From Eledone cirrhosa (lineage: Eukaryota), in the NCBI GenBank assembly GCA_964016885.1, contig OZ024743.1:60636001-60700000 (forward strand): a stretch of DNA of 64,000 nt. Reading direction: 5' to 3'. Below are positions 30,590-43,670 of this stretch, in pieces (position 1 is the first letter of the stretch; each line of letters starts with the position of its first letter). The notes under the pieces are model-generated. The model was not told the DNA's origin and did not search any database. It was given only the letters and a program-made list of their open reading frames with translations. The translations under genes were made by a program, and so were the position numbers.

Positions 30590-30593
<4 letters not shown>
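29930..30593. mobile_element. Inverted-repeat element (about 170-bp arms, about 255-bp spacer, 65-nt tail) in (TA)n
   Basis: 29996-30166 inverted versus 30421-30593. Confidence 0.75.
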
Positions 30594-30657
<64 letters not shown>

Positions 30658-30669
30658 ATGTTGTGTTGT

Positions 30670-30783
30670 TATAGATTAGCATAACAACTGGTGGAAATCA
30701 CCTCCTCCATCTCGCTTTTGGCACACTATACCTCTCCCACAGGACACAATATCTCTTTTCAGTTGTTGAGTTTGAGATTCCTG
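30670..30783 (-). mobile_element. Partial MITE, same family as 33891-34209
   Basis: rc caggaatctcaaac...ggtgatttccaccagttgttatgct aligns with 33891-34005. Confidence 0.5.
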
Positions 30784-33179
30784 ATATAGAAGATGCACTG
30801 TGTGTATAGTACTGGAGATGCACTGTGTATATACTACTGGAATGTGAACCTTTAGCGCATGTATTGTGGGAGGTGTGTTATGTGTATCTGTATTGAGTGT
30901 GTTGCGTTTTAGCATTGACAGGTGATTATGTAGTATGTGTAGTGTTGTATTTAATTTTTACTGAGTGATATTTAGTTCCTGATGTTAGTTGCAATGGCGG
31001 CATTGGTCCCCCATGATATTCGCCGAAGTTTCTAATGCTTGTTTTGATGATTGTTTAACACAATTAACAACATAATAATTACATTTCAATTAATTAGACA
31101 CCTCTAAAGTTAATGACGAAATGTCAATTGAGATAATTAAAAGCATTGGACAACAACAACAAAATTAATAACATCAGTAGCATCAGCGGCAATACCAGCA
31201 TCAATAGAAACAATAACGGTAAAAAAAATACTAACAACATTAGTCACAACAACAGCAACAACAATATCAGTAGTAACAATAACAACATCAGTAGCATCAA
31301 CAACAACAGCATCAGTAGCAACAATAACGTCATAAAAAATACTAACACTATCAGTCACAACGATAGTAACAACAGCATCAGTAGCAACAACAGCAGCAAC
31401 AAAATACTAACAATATCAGTCACAACGACAGCAGCAACAACAACAATATCAGTATTTACAATAACAACAGTAGTAACATAACGACAAAAGCAATCCTACA
31501 ACTGCAGCATCAATGGCAACGATGAAATGGCAACAATAACAACAGCAACTGTATCAGCAACAATAACAATAACAATAACAAAAGACAACAACAACAATTG
31601 CACAAGAAGATAACTGCACAACACTGGAGAAACGTTAATCTGGAGGAAACCAAAGATGAGTGATGCACACGTGGAAAATAGAATTAATTAAACAAGAAAA
31701 AAACAAACATATGTAACCAAAGCAACGTAAACCAACTAATGTGGATGCAACATGGCCTAATACTTAAGATGTTCACTTTGCAATTATTAGTTCCAGAGTT
31801 CGATCCCACTGCGTCGCATCTAGGATAAGTGTCACTTAGTATAGACAGATAAATCTAATGGAGTCCAAGATAGCGTATCAGATACGAGGATGTCTTGATT
31901 ATATTTCTGCTGATTCGGATTTGACCTGGGGTTAAACAACTAAAGACCAACGATAGAACATAATCTAACACAATAACCGCCAGAAATGACATTAACCTTT
32001 ACATCACTATATCTCTAACAAAGTAGTATCAATGTGTGTTTCAATTAATTTTCGAAATAATCAACAACGTAGATATCGATTCACAATTTCTGTTTGCTCT
32101 TGACAAGTACAATGTGTCCGAACACGGAAGAGCCGAACTCCCACCGCCATCGCCCCCATCTCTCGCCTTCCCCATCTCTCTGTGTAGTGAGCAAATGGGG
32201 TCCCATGTGTTGACCACCCCACAGCCCCGGCAGACAGAATGGAAAAGGCGTTTCCCCGGAGGATGGTAAGGGAGATGCGCTGGAAGAGCTATCGTGTCGA
32301 CTCATAATATGTGAGTAAAATTGGGTTGGCGGAAATTGTTTTGAAGCCCGTTGATTGTATTGTGTCAGGGTGCAATAAAAAGGGATCGATAACATTAATG
32401 CTAAATATGAAATATGTCTGACTATATCCCCTTATTATTTTTCAGATTTTTCCAATCCTCTCGTCACGCTTATTAAATTTTGCTAATCTATCTCTGACGA
32501 AACTCTATTGTAAGTAGTAGCATTCCTGCGATAATTAATTTTCTTTATACGTTAAAAAACATTATACATGACAAAAAAGGGTACATTACAAGAAATCCCT
32601 TACGTTATAAACGTAATGGGTGTCTCCATATGTAAACTAAACGAATAATTTTTTTTTTTTTTTAAATCAACGAAGACAACCTAGAAAATTTACCGGTTTT
32701 CCTCAACACTCGCTTTATCCACCACTCAGCCCCGTTTGTTCCTACCACCATCTATTAGTTGGGAACCAAAAGTAGTAAAAGAGTAAAGAATGAGTCTTAT
32801 TTTTTGTTTGTTTTTAATTGTCTGTCTTTTTGCCGACGTAGACAAGGAGTGGCAGTAACATCTTTTTTTTTTATATCTGAAGACCACATTAAATTAAGTT
32901 ATAATCTAATAAATGCACATTGAAGAAAATTCCATTTAATATACGCAAAAATGTAATTACATTAATTGTGAAAATATAATTATACTTATTGAAGTACAAC
33001 ATAAAATGTAAGCTGACATTTTAATAACTTTCTTTAAGAATACAGTAGATAAGATATGTAGTAAATACAATATTGCTGTTAAACCACCTGAGGTTGCGAG
33101 GTCGTGTGTTACAGTGTGTTACACTATATCTCTGAACTTAACGTGCAAGTGGCTCAGCATTTCAAGGACACAGTTTCAT

Positions 33180-33730
33180 AACACAAGTTACACAGTACAT
33201 ACACGTAACACAGTACTATAACACAAATTACACGGTATATACACATTACACACTATATACACATTATACAGTACTATAAAACAAATTACGCAGTACATAC
33301 ACATTACACAGCACTATAACACAAATTACACAGTCCATACAAATTACACAGTACTATAACACAAATTACACAGTCCATACACATTACACAGTACTATAAC
33401 ACAAATTACACAGTCCATACACATTACACAGTACTATAACACAAATTACACAGTCCATACACATTACACAGTACTATAACACAAATTACACAGTACATAC
33501 ACATTACACAGTACTATAACACAAATTACACAGTAGTATAACACAGATTACACAATACTATAACACAAATTACACAGTACATACACATAACACTGTACTA
33601 TAATACAAATTACACAGTACATAAACATAACACAGTACATACACACAACACAGTGTTATAACACAGATTACACAGTATATACACATAACACCGTACTATA
33701 ACACAAATTACACAATGTACATACACATAA
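33180..33730. repeat. About 40-bp minisatellite (acacaaattacacagtccatacacattacacagtactata)
   Basis: Direct reading, at least 10 units. Confidence 0.9.
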
Positions 33731-33890
33731 CACACCTCATACAATACATATTCTATACAATCCTGCACCAGTACCATAACACACCTCGCACAATACATGT
33801 TCTACACATTCATACAACAGTACCATAACTTACCTCACAGTACATGTTCTAAACGATCACATTCCTATATACACAGTGTATATTCTACAT

Positions 33891-34209
33891 CAGGAGTCTC
33901 AAACACAAGAACTCAAAAGATATATTATGCCCGGGTGGAAGAAGCACAACGTAATAAACATGAGATGGGGTGGGGGGTGATTTCCACCAGTTATTATGCT
34001 TATCTCCAATACTTCTGAAAGTCTGCTTTTACTATGTTTCTTTTTTAACCAGAATGAATACATATGGTAGTAAGTGGGATTTGTGAATTGGTACAAAATG
34101 AAAGGAAACCAATCTTCCATATTACCAAGTCTTAAGAAAATAGTCACGAAAATTGTTCTGTTGCGAACCACAGAAAAGTAATTTGCGGACCGCATGTTTG
34201 AGATGTCTG
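33891..34209. mobile_element. hAT-like MITE
   Basis: Imperfect TIRs caggagtctcaaac / gtttgagatgtctg; second copy at 30670; no clear TSD. Confidence 0.5.
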
Positions 34210-34229
34210 ATCAACGGAATCAGCATACA

Positions 34230-34423
34230 CAGACCTGCCAACCTCCAAAAACACAAACGGGGAGTACATGAATAAAAGTGCCCCAAAACGGGTAGAAATG
34301 AGGCAAAATGGAGAGACTTTACATAATGAAAGCTATACCCATTTTCACAAGAAAAGACATCTCCCACTCACCCCAAAGTGGGTTGAAGATCTCCCCGTCG
34401 AACAGGGAGAGTTGACAGGTCAG
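34230..34423. mobile_element. About 195-bp MITE; second copy inverted at 50963-51157
   Basis: TIRs cagacctgccaac / gttgacaggtc; the two copies align end to end. Confidence 0.6.
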
Positions 34424-34869
34424 GTTTACAATACAATAAGACAATGTACACATCTCCCAAAATTATAGCCCAATGCTCTAACTCCCAAAATTATAGCACA
34501 AATTCTACAAAACATACTCTGCACAAATAACTTCAAATGCTATAACACCACACCATTAACGTAGCTCTCAAGGTGATTCAGCTTGACCTAGCATGGTATG
34601 TTAAATTATATTACAGTCACAGCATATATCTTTCCCAGCTGAATGGGCTGTTCCAACATGAAGTCATGTGTCTTGCTCAAGGGCACAATATGCCGTTGGC
34701 AATCACACCTATGACGTTACCGCAGATAGCCGCACACATACAACCTATTGACTCATGTGCCTTTACCAACAGAAATGAATTTATTTATGCAAAATTCATG
34801 TGTATATATGTGTATATGTGTATGTGTGGGTGTATGTACGCACAGGCGTGTGTATATATATATGCCTAT

Positions 34870-35131
34870 ATGGGCTTCGATTGGCAGTATCGGTAGAGGA
34901 TCGAACGCCATGCTTTGACGCATAGAGTTAAGGCCCTTGCCATTGTGAGTTCAAATCCGGCCGAGGTTAACTTTGCCTTTCATCCTTACGGGGTCGATAA
35001 AATAAAGTACCAGTAATACACTGGGTAATTGCTGGCCTTGTGCCAAAAGTAGAAACTGTTATTTCCATGAAGACAACATAGACACTTTTGTCTATGTTGT
35101 CTTCCTGGTCCCTCTTACCGCAGACACGCCT

Positions 35132-35165
<34 letters not shown>

Positions 35166-35360
35166 CACTGAGTACTATGGTTTGGCAGTATCGGTAGACA
35201 GTCAGTATCGATAGAGCTTTGCAGCACGGAGTTATGGCCCTTTACGTTATGAGTCCAAATCCGCCGAGGTTAACTTTGCCTTTCATCCTTACGGGGTCGA
35301 TAAAATAATGTACCAGTAATACACTGGGTATTTGCTGGCCTTGTACCAAAAGTAGAAACA
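34870..35360 (+). mobile_element. Two Nin-type SINE copies
   Basis: tggcagtatcggtaga..gagttcaaatcc..gcctttcatccttacggggtcgataaaat. Confidence 0.75.
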
Positions 35361-35379
35361 ATTATTATTATTATATATA

Positions 35380-35690
35380 TAAGACCCCCTTTGGTCACGA
35401 ATGACGATATGATTTTCACCTAGGAAGTTTCCCTCCGAGGCACAAGTCCGGGAAAGGTTGCTTTTGAGGAAGACCAGCAGTCGTCCATGCATACCAGTCT
35501 CCTATCTACCGATTATGTCCAATGAAAAGGCTAAGGCCGATACAGCTTGACACCAGTCACGCCGCAGTTCATTTATACAGCTGAAATAAAGCGTCTTGCA
35601 CAAGGACACAACGCATCACCAGGTCCGAGAATCCAACTCACAACCTTTCGATTGCAAGCCCAATGCTCTAACTACTAAGCCATACACTCT
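35380..35690 (-). mobile_element. tRNA-derived SINE of the second family, near full length
   Basis: rc head tggcttagtagttagagc..gttggattc..gtgtccttgtgcaagacgctttatttca. Confidence 0.7.
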
Positions 35691-35774
35691 TCATATATTT
35701 TATATATATATATTTATTTGTATATATGTACATACATATATATATGTGTGTATGTGTATATATATATATATGTT

Positions 35775-36525
35775 TTTTTCCCTGGATTTCACAAAATCAG
35801 TGGATAAAATCTCTGTCTTGATTTTTTTAATTGAGTTTGAAATATTTTCCCACATCTTACGTTAATTATTTTCCATTTTGACGTTATAGTCACTTATATA
35901 TTATGAAATACTGTTGGCTTCTTCCTCACATTAATTTCTATATTTTCATTTATATTTATACTCGGAATTTTTCCTAGAGTGTTTAAAATTATTTGTGACT
36001 AATCCCGGTCTTTTTTTTAAAAAAAGCGCGATAATATTGCTATTTTGCTGAACTCCTTACATTTCGTAGAGCTTTTTCGGAATGTTTTTGACTGCCGTTT
36101 CTTGTAAATAGACATTTGTCTCATTCTGACGTCACCAGCCATGTCTCTCCATGTGTGTTTATTTTCATAATTCCGCACGAGGTGAACTAGCCTGCTTTTA
36201 AATTCCCTTTTTGGCATATTTAGGTTATCGTGTTTGAGCTCTATTGGGGAACGATTCCAACTGTGACCAATCCCACTGAAAGGTTTCGTGAAATAGTCTT
36301 TTTAAGACTATATAGAGCATTTGTAGTTTTTCCAAATTGAAGGATGAGTATTTAAGCTTTATTTTATTCTGAATTAAGTCTCTATTGGATTTTTCCCTGG
36401 ATTTCACAAAATCTGTGGATAACATCTGTCTTGATTTTTTTGAATTGAGTTTGAATTATTTTCCATTTTGACGTTATAGTCACTTATATATTATGCAATA
36501 CTGTTGGCTTCTTGCTCACATTAAT
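35775..36525. repeat. Element with about 150-bp direct terminal repeats between (TA)n runs
   Basis: 35775-35935 resembles 36390-36525. Confidence 0.7.
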
Positions 36526-36615
36526 ATATATTTCTTAACTACGTATTTTACACATTTCACAATGCTTCAAGCAAACTTTAACACCCTCTTATCATATATA
36601 TATATATATATATAT

Positions 36616-36776
36616 AACGAAGGAATTGTGGTAAGGAACCAGATGGACCATGTCGCACCAAAGTACTCAATACTTAGGGTAGTAGAGTGGGTAATAGGAA
36701 CAAGTATGACCCCGACGGCTGAGCTCAACCGCTTCGTCGAAAAGGCTTGAGCTCTGCCGTCGGGGTTATACTTGTT

Positions 36777-36778
<2 letters not shown>
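36616..36778 (-). mobile_element. Fold-back mini-element family B
   Basis: Homologous to 2743-2948. Confidence 0.8.
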
Positions 36779-36809
<31 letters not shown>

Positions 36810-36844
36810 TGGTTGTCCATCGTAAAACATGATGACATCTTTAT

Positions 36845-37385
36845 TTTAGTTCCCTTCTGCCGTGGGCACGAAGGTGGCTGTGGCGGCCGATCATCGCCGC
36901 ATGGATTTGGGAGTGCACGCTAAAGGGCCAGTGCACAGTGACGGCCCTACCCACTCGACCGCAGAAGCCAGAATCCGGTGGTACGGAGGACCGTCACGAC
37001 CAGAGACTTCCTTGGCTGCAGTGGATGGCCACGATGTCTGTAGTGCCTTGCCGTGCCCTAGCGCTCCACACTGCTTGCCGTCGCCGCCTTCGTGACCGTT
37101 GGGACGTATTGTTCTCCTCCACTCACTCCGCCGGGTCCAGGCTTCGTATGCAGGGGCAGGAATCCTTTATCTAACTCACCGGGGGGATTTCAGACCCGTC
37201 CAGCTACCCTCAACCTGATTCGGCCTGCCAGCCAAGGCGGTTACACCACGATGTGTCCGCTGTCCCTTGCTACAGCTTCTTGGGGCCACAGGTGAGAGCT
37301 AAGTGTCAGGTGGGACCCAATACAGGACGAGCTGTCCTGAAAACAGCACGGCTAGCCCCACAGAGGTACATGCCCTTCCCTGACA
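36845..37385 (-). mobile_element. GC-rich segment, probable LINE (RTE-like) 5' UTR fragment
   Basis: Sharp GC/CpG-rich island; rc contains cacttagctctcacctgtggcccc, recalled as RTE 5' UTR-like (unverified). Confidence 0.35.
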
Positions 37386-37454
37386 CACAAGGCATATACA
37401 CACGTATATGCATACACATACATATGTACATGTGTATATACTTATTTACATATT

Positions 37455-37633
37455 TTTGGATGGCCATTGATTCTTATCACTTCTTCCGCCCTTTGTCAGG
37501 TTTTGTTTTTTGTCCTGCAGGGTGTTCAAAATCACCCTCCTGGTGGGGTTGCAAGTTTAGTCGCCGACGACCCGACTATGCGACAGGTTGTACTGGTTTA
37601 CATGTTACCAGTAGCACTCAAGCGTGACCTGAA
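37455..37633. mobile_element. Diverged partial family E copy
   Basis: Aligns with 9463-9656. Confidence 0.75.
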
Positions 37634-37758
37634 CATTTTATAAGCATCAGTAACACGTAATATATGTACGTATGTATGTATGTATGTATGTATGTATGTA
37701 TGTATGTATGTATGTATGTATGTATGTATGTACGTATGTATATATATATATATATATA

Positions 37759-38185
37759 TTGGTAAACGGAATAGAAAATGCTGACAAATTGTTCACAGTT
37801 GAAAAATGGTTTAATTAAGAATAAAAGAGTATTAGTGATTGTATGGGTTAGTATTCAGTTGTGGTTTTAAGTTTTTAAGTTTTTACCGGTTGCGCATTTC
37901 TAAATGCTTTTCAAAAATAATTTTGAGATAGAGTGTCCATGCTGTTTGCTCTGATCTGAGCAAACAGCACGGACACTCTATCTCAAAATTATTTTTGAAA
38001 AGCATTTAGAAATGCGCAACCGGTAAAAACTTAAAAACTTAAAACCACAACTGAATACTAACCCATACAATCGCTAATACTCTTTTATTCCTAATTAAAC
38101 CATTTTTCAACTGTGAACAATTTGTCAGCATTTTCTATTCCGTTTACCAATATATAATAACTTGTGTGTTACACCTCTATTCTTT

Positions 38186-38189
<4 letters not shown>
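37759..38189 (+). mobile_element. Fold-back element family F (about 190-bp arms plus about 35-nt tail)
   Basis: 37759-37951 inverted versus 37958-38150, few mismatches; (TA)n both sides. Confidence 0.85.
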
Positions 38190-38271
<82 letters not shown>

Positions 38272-38792
38272 AGTATCTAACTATCTATCTCTGTATATAT
38301 ACATATAGATATAGATATATATACATATATATATACATACATACATACATATATTACGTGTTATTGATGCTTATAACATTTTCTTCATTGAAAGATAAAC
38401 CAAGATAAAAAAAGATAAATCATATACGCTATATTACTAACCTATAGCCCAACATGACATGCGAAGTTCAAATTACTCCACTCAGTTTTAAAGTCATTAA
38501 CGAAAGGAAAGATATTTCTGTTACACTATGTTCACCGTAGAATACATTACATAGAGTAATGCAGCAAAACAGTGAATAAGAATACTATGACGTGGATGAT
38601 AGCAATATTTCGGTGTATCAGTATCTATTGCTTAATTGGACACAGTTATAGCAATAGTCATGAATATTTCTCCACATAGAGAAACACCAATTATAGTGAG
38701 CAAACCAACGACTAAATTTATGCATTTATGTGTAGGCATTCGTATGTACAGACACACATTCCCATGCATATATATATATATGTGTGTCTTAT

Positions 38793-38839
<47 letters not shown>

Positions 38840-38875
38840 CGTGTGTGTGTGTGTGTGTGAGAGTGTATCTATCTA

Positions 38876-38929
<54 letters not shown>

Positions 38930-38953
38930 CACATACATATGAATACACATACA

Positions 38954-38984
<31 letters not shown>

Positions 38985-39115
38985 TACACACATATATATA
39001 AATAAAGTATAAACATTTTATTCTAAACTTTCTTTAACAACGCATACTATACTGAATCTTTACTCTTAAATGGACATCTTATCATTTTGTGACACGTCAT
39101 ATATATATATGTATG

Positions 39116-39146
<31 letters not shown>

Positions 39147-40120
39147 TCAGCTCAAGCGACTCTGCGCAAATCACCGATTTAGTTGGAATCTATCTATTAC
39201 ATAACATCAGAGCTGAAATCCAACCCTTGCAAGGCGGAATATATAGGGACGACGCCCTATTTGCAGTCCACAATTGCACTAATCGAGACATTGACTTGCT
39301 CAAAAAACAATTACATAGATTTTTTTTTAAATAACGGTCTCTCTATCACCATCGAGCCGAACCATAAGGTAGTAAACTTCCTGGACGTTACCCTAGATCT
39401 TAACAACAACTTATATTACCCTTATCATAAACCAGGTGAAATACTTACATATATTAACCCACACTCTAACCACCCACCGGCAGTCATCAGAGCAGTCATC
39501 AAATATATCTCGTATAGGATCTCTATGGTATCCGCAAATGAGGAGATATTTATAAACCATGCGGCATATTATAATAAGGCTCTTTCTGAATCTGGTTATG
39601 AACAGTCCATTTACTACATACCTAAATGCCATAACACAGCACTTCACTGCAACCATAATAAACTTAACACTAGAACTAGAAATACTTTAGCATATAGCCA
39701 GATTCGCCGGTATTTTAGCAGTAATAGCACCTATACAGGGAACCGTACTGATGGCAGAGGCCTACCTCCCACTCCCAGTAGCAGACTCAAAATCAACCCT
39801 AGAATAGGAATGAGCAATGGGATGACAAATAACAAATGCCCAGGTAATAATAACCCTATGAAGGCCCCTGCCAACTCCACTAGAACCCCTAGAAGGAATA
39901 GGCCTAGAAATATCACCTGGCTTAACCCCCATTCTCATCTAACTTAGCGCCTAATATCCCTGAACGCTTCTTCTAGGACAGTATAACTCCCACACCGCGG
40001 TACCCCCCCCCCCCCATATACATCACGCCACTACACCAGTAATTACTCTAGTAGCATACCTCCCCATCTAATCGTTCTAGCACGCACCAACCACATAGTT
40101 TAAACAACCCTACTCTCACT

Positions 40121-40567
40121 AACCGCAGCAGTAACTGCAACTGCCGTTACCCTAATGCATGCCCACTAAACGGACAATGCCTTACACCCAATCTAGTTTA
40201 TAGGTGCACAGTTAAAACAGCATCGCATACCAGCTCCTATATTGGCTCTACCTCTAACCCTTTTAAGGTACGCTATAACGCGCACTCATTTTCCTTCCGA
40301 GACTCTAGCCATAGATGTTCGACATCTCTAGCTAGGCTCATTAAAAACCTTAAATTAACCAACATTGAACACTCACTAACATGGGATATCTTGGTTAGAG
40401 CCCACCCGTTCAATGGACGAAAAAACTCTTGTGATCTCTGTCTTACCGAAGCCTATTACATAACTCTATCACGACATCTACCGATTAATGATAGAACGGA
40501 GGTAACTATTAGCTGTCAACGTCGAAGGGCTAATTCCTTCGCCAACAGAATATTTGACCCAACGTAG
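40121..40567 (+). CDS. GIY-YIG endonuclease domain of the PLE (no ATG, absent from ORF track)
   Basis: Hand translation: CNCRYPNACPLNGQCLTPNLVYRC..SYIGSTSNPFKVRYNAHSFSF..WDIL..CDLCLTE..INDRTE..C, stop at 40565-40567. Confidence 0.85.
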   Translation, partial: NRSSNCNCRYPNACPLNGQCLTPNLVYRCTVKTASHTSSYIGSTSNPFKVRYNAHSFSFRDSSHRCSTSLARLIKNLKLTNIEHSLTWDILVRAHPFNGRKNSCDLCLTEAYYITLSRHLPINDRTEVTISCQRRRANSFANRIFDPT

Positions 40568-40929
40568 TCATCTAATTCCACTTTTTCTAATACCTAACAT
40601 GTTAAATAGTTATAGCTAACTTAGATAATTATAAGTTATATTGTCTCTCACTTAAACTCATTAGCACTTCTTAACTATAAACCACCTACAATTTCTAATT
40701 TCTCGAGGAGTTACTTCCTCTGAAACCAGTCTCTAATTAGTAAGGTAAATATGTCCTTTGGCGGCCATCTTGTTACCCATAGGCAGATCTCGCATAACGC
40801 AGCCTCGACAGAAGAATATTGCTCGGCTATGGCAGACAATAGATAGACCCAGGACACCATAGTCAAATACCAATATATGGAACATTACATTCATGTAACC
40901 ATCTTTCTTTAATTTATATTCCTTTTGAA

Positions 40930-41048
40930 GTTCCGATGAACTGCTCCAATTTTTCCTAAGTTAATTATCTTCAACTGAACCAGATCAATAATGATCTATA
41001 ATCATTTGATCCAGAAGCATTATATGGAGTAGCGAAACAATTGTAAAC
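40930..41048 (+). ncRNA. Hammerhead motif in the PLE 3' UTR
   Basis: gtt CCGATGA a ctgctcca...tggagtag c GAA ac aatt gt A|aac. Confidence 0.72.
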
Positions 41049-41168
41049 GGACATTATTAGTATTATTATTATTATTATTTACATTCCTTACATTAAAGTA
41101 CAACTATGTTGACAATCTTTAAATAATGTCTTCCTTGTGAAATTTGTGGTCTTGTTTTGATTACCTAA

Positions 41169-41210
<42 letters not shown>

Positions 41211-41214
<4 letters not shown>

Positions 41215-41373
41215 AAGGCTCTGATACCATCAACACTATAAAGACAGAGCTGCCATATCTAAGAACTGACTAACTGCCTGATGAGGTTAGAGCCATTCAA
41301 TGGCTATCATCGAAATATATATAGCAGTAAATAAAGGATTATGAGTTCATGCAATTGACTTATGTTTCGTCAC
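41211..41373 (+). mobile_element. Family D hammerhead mini-element, copy 2
   Basis: actgc CTGATGA..agccat/atggct..GAAA tatata TA|gcagt (5-bp stem I, 41273-41328). Confidence 0.82.
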
Positions 41374-41421
41374 TATATATATATATATATACATGTGTGT
41401 GTGCGTGTGTGTATGTATGTT

Positions 41422-41538
<117 letters not shown>

Positions 41539-41762
41539 TGAACAATGAAAACGAGAAAACGAAAGGCGAGCTTAAACAATGAAATATGTAAGCACTAAAC
41601 TTAGCCATTTGTTTTCATTGTTCATGATTCTGTATTTTGTTTACAATGCACAACGGAATTTGATATGATGAAATACTACAACAGAAATAGGAAATCTCAT
41701 AACATGATTTTGTTGTAATTACTACTTCTGGACTACATGTCTTAACATGTAGTCCAAAAGTA

Positions 41763-41860
<98 letters not shown>

Positions 41861-43292
41861 ATAATATGCATCTTTAATGCCGTCCAATTTCTCATCATTA
41901 AATATGTGTCTTTTCAAATAACTATACAACTATATGTATATATATATTATCGATCGACAAGATGTCAGACTTCATTCACTTTCCGAATAGTGTGGAACTC
42001 GTTACATCGGGCCAAGGAAACAATGTTCCATTGGATTTTCCATTACTGATACTCTCTATCGGTCGCATCTTCTGGCAGAAGGAGCAACGTTCAGAAATAG
42101 AACTTACGAATAGTTATTTGTAAACGCCAACATGATAATCATCAACCACATATTACGACTGTTATGATTGGTCAGTTGCTTTATCACGTGTTTGGTCAGT
42201 TGCTTTATCATGTGTTTGGATGTACAATCCGAATATACTAGTTTGTAAACCAATAAATAATAAATAGATATTTTTTTACACATAAATTTACAACTTTTAA
42301 CGATGGAGACAATAACATTTGAGATGTATGCAATATTCTAAAAATTACCATACATAAACTAAGTTGACCTCCCTCAGATATTTTGCACGAAAATGCAAGA
42401 TGAAATGAACTGAGAGAGGAACAGATATTACCTTGCAGGGAATCAGAATTTTATCAAGTATAAAATTATTGATTTATTTTCAACAATCGTAAATGTTTAG
42501 AGAATACTACAGTCGATATGATAAGCCCTAATATATTTCTGATGATTATCGATCATACAATGCTAAGCAACAAATCCTTTTTTATGAAAGTTCCATATGT
42601 ATTGAGAATGTAAAGGCATGTACTTAAATGCAGTAGTTTATGTAATCTGATATTTTACCTTTTTAAACAAACATTTTAATGTGAACTAGATGAAATATGG
42701 ACCCTGCTTGGCAAAATAGTTAAGGAGTTTGCTTCACAATCATTATATCCTGAGTTCAATATATGTAACATCTTGAGCAAAAGTAATTTAACATATCCTC
42801 ATATCGACCCATGCCTTGAGAGGGAGATTTGGTAGTCAAAAACTTTTTGGAGTCATGTCACATGGAGTGTACCTGTAATTCAAAAGACCACCCTTGTCAC
42901 ATATTGCCGAACTGACTCACATTGGGATTCTGTGGAATGCTCAGTCCCTTATATGTTAATTTCATAGGCCATCTGTTCCGCCGATCGAATTACTGGCATA
43001 GCCATCTTCGAAAGCGACGGAGCTCCGTCTAGAAGCTAAGATGAACATTTTTTGATAATAGAAAGCCTCTTGAGGTGGTAAAATCTATTATTGATTATGT
43101 TTATCCTTTAAATTCTCCGTTTGTGAATTCAAATCTCACTACACTCAATTTGTCTTTTATATATCTATTCTTAATAAAAAGTATTATATCTACAGTTTTA
43201 ATCTGAGCTGCCACATTCCAAAAGCTTGCATGACTGATTTAATATATTTAACGTAGTATGCCAAGAAATCTAATCATTATTGCACCAGTAGT

Positions 43293-43670
43293 AGGGCGGT
43301 GGTTTGGCAGAATCGGTAGAGCGTCGGACATCATGCTTAGCGGCATAAGATTACGGCCCATTAGGTTCAAATCTCGCCAAGGTTAGCTTTGCTTTTCATT
43401 AACACCATGATGTGTGGCAGCGTAGAGAAAAGATATTGTGTTGTTTAAAAAAATTGCATCTGATTTAAGCCCAAGGCCAACAATTTTTGGGGAGGGGAAA
43501 GTCGACTAAATCAACCTCAGTGCAATACTGGTACTTTATTTTATCGGCCCTCTAAGGATGAAAGGCAAAGCTAGCCTCGGCAAGATTTAAACTCGGATCG
43601 TAAAGGGGTGTAACCCTATTCCATAAAGCATGTCGTCCGATGCTCTACTGATGTTGCCAATCCACCACCC
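43293..43670. mobile_element. Inverted pair of Nin-type SINEs
   Basis: 43293-43400 (+) and 43460-43670 (-). Confidence 0.7.

Larger units (their letters stand above)
39140..41172 (+). mobile_element. 5'-truncated Penelope-like element (Nematis-like) in (TA)n
   Basis: RT SSDSAQITDLVG..GGIYRDD (frameshift) VNFLDVTLDL..YINPHSNHPP; GIY-YIG; 3' UTR hammerhead. Confidence 0.88.

Noticed and set aside
30676-30915. Exon-like ORF ESQTQQLKRDIVSCGRG
   Set aside because: Sequence is a copy of the MITE at 33891
43293-43380. tRNA genes at A/B-box sites (also 10058, 43860, 53535)
   Set aside because: Heads of SINEs with decayed cloverleaf followed by SINE body
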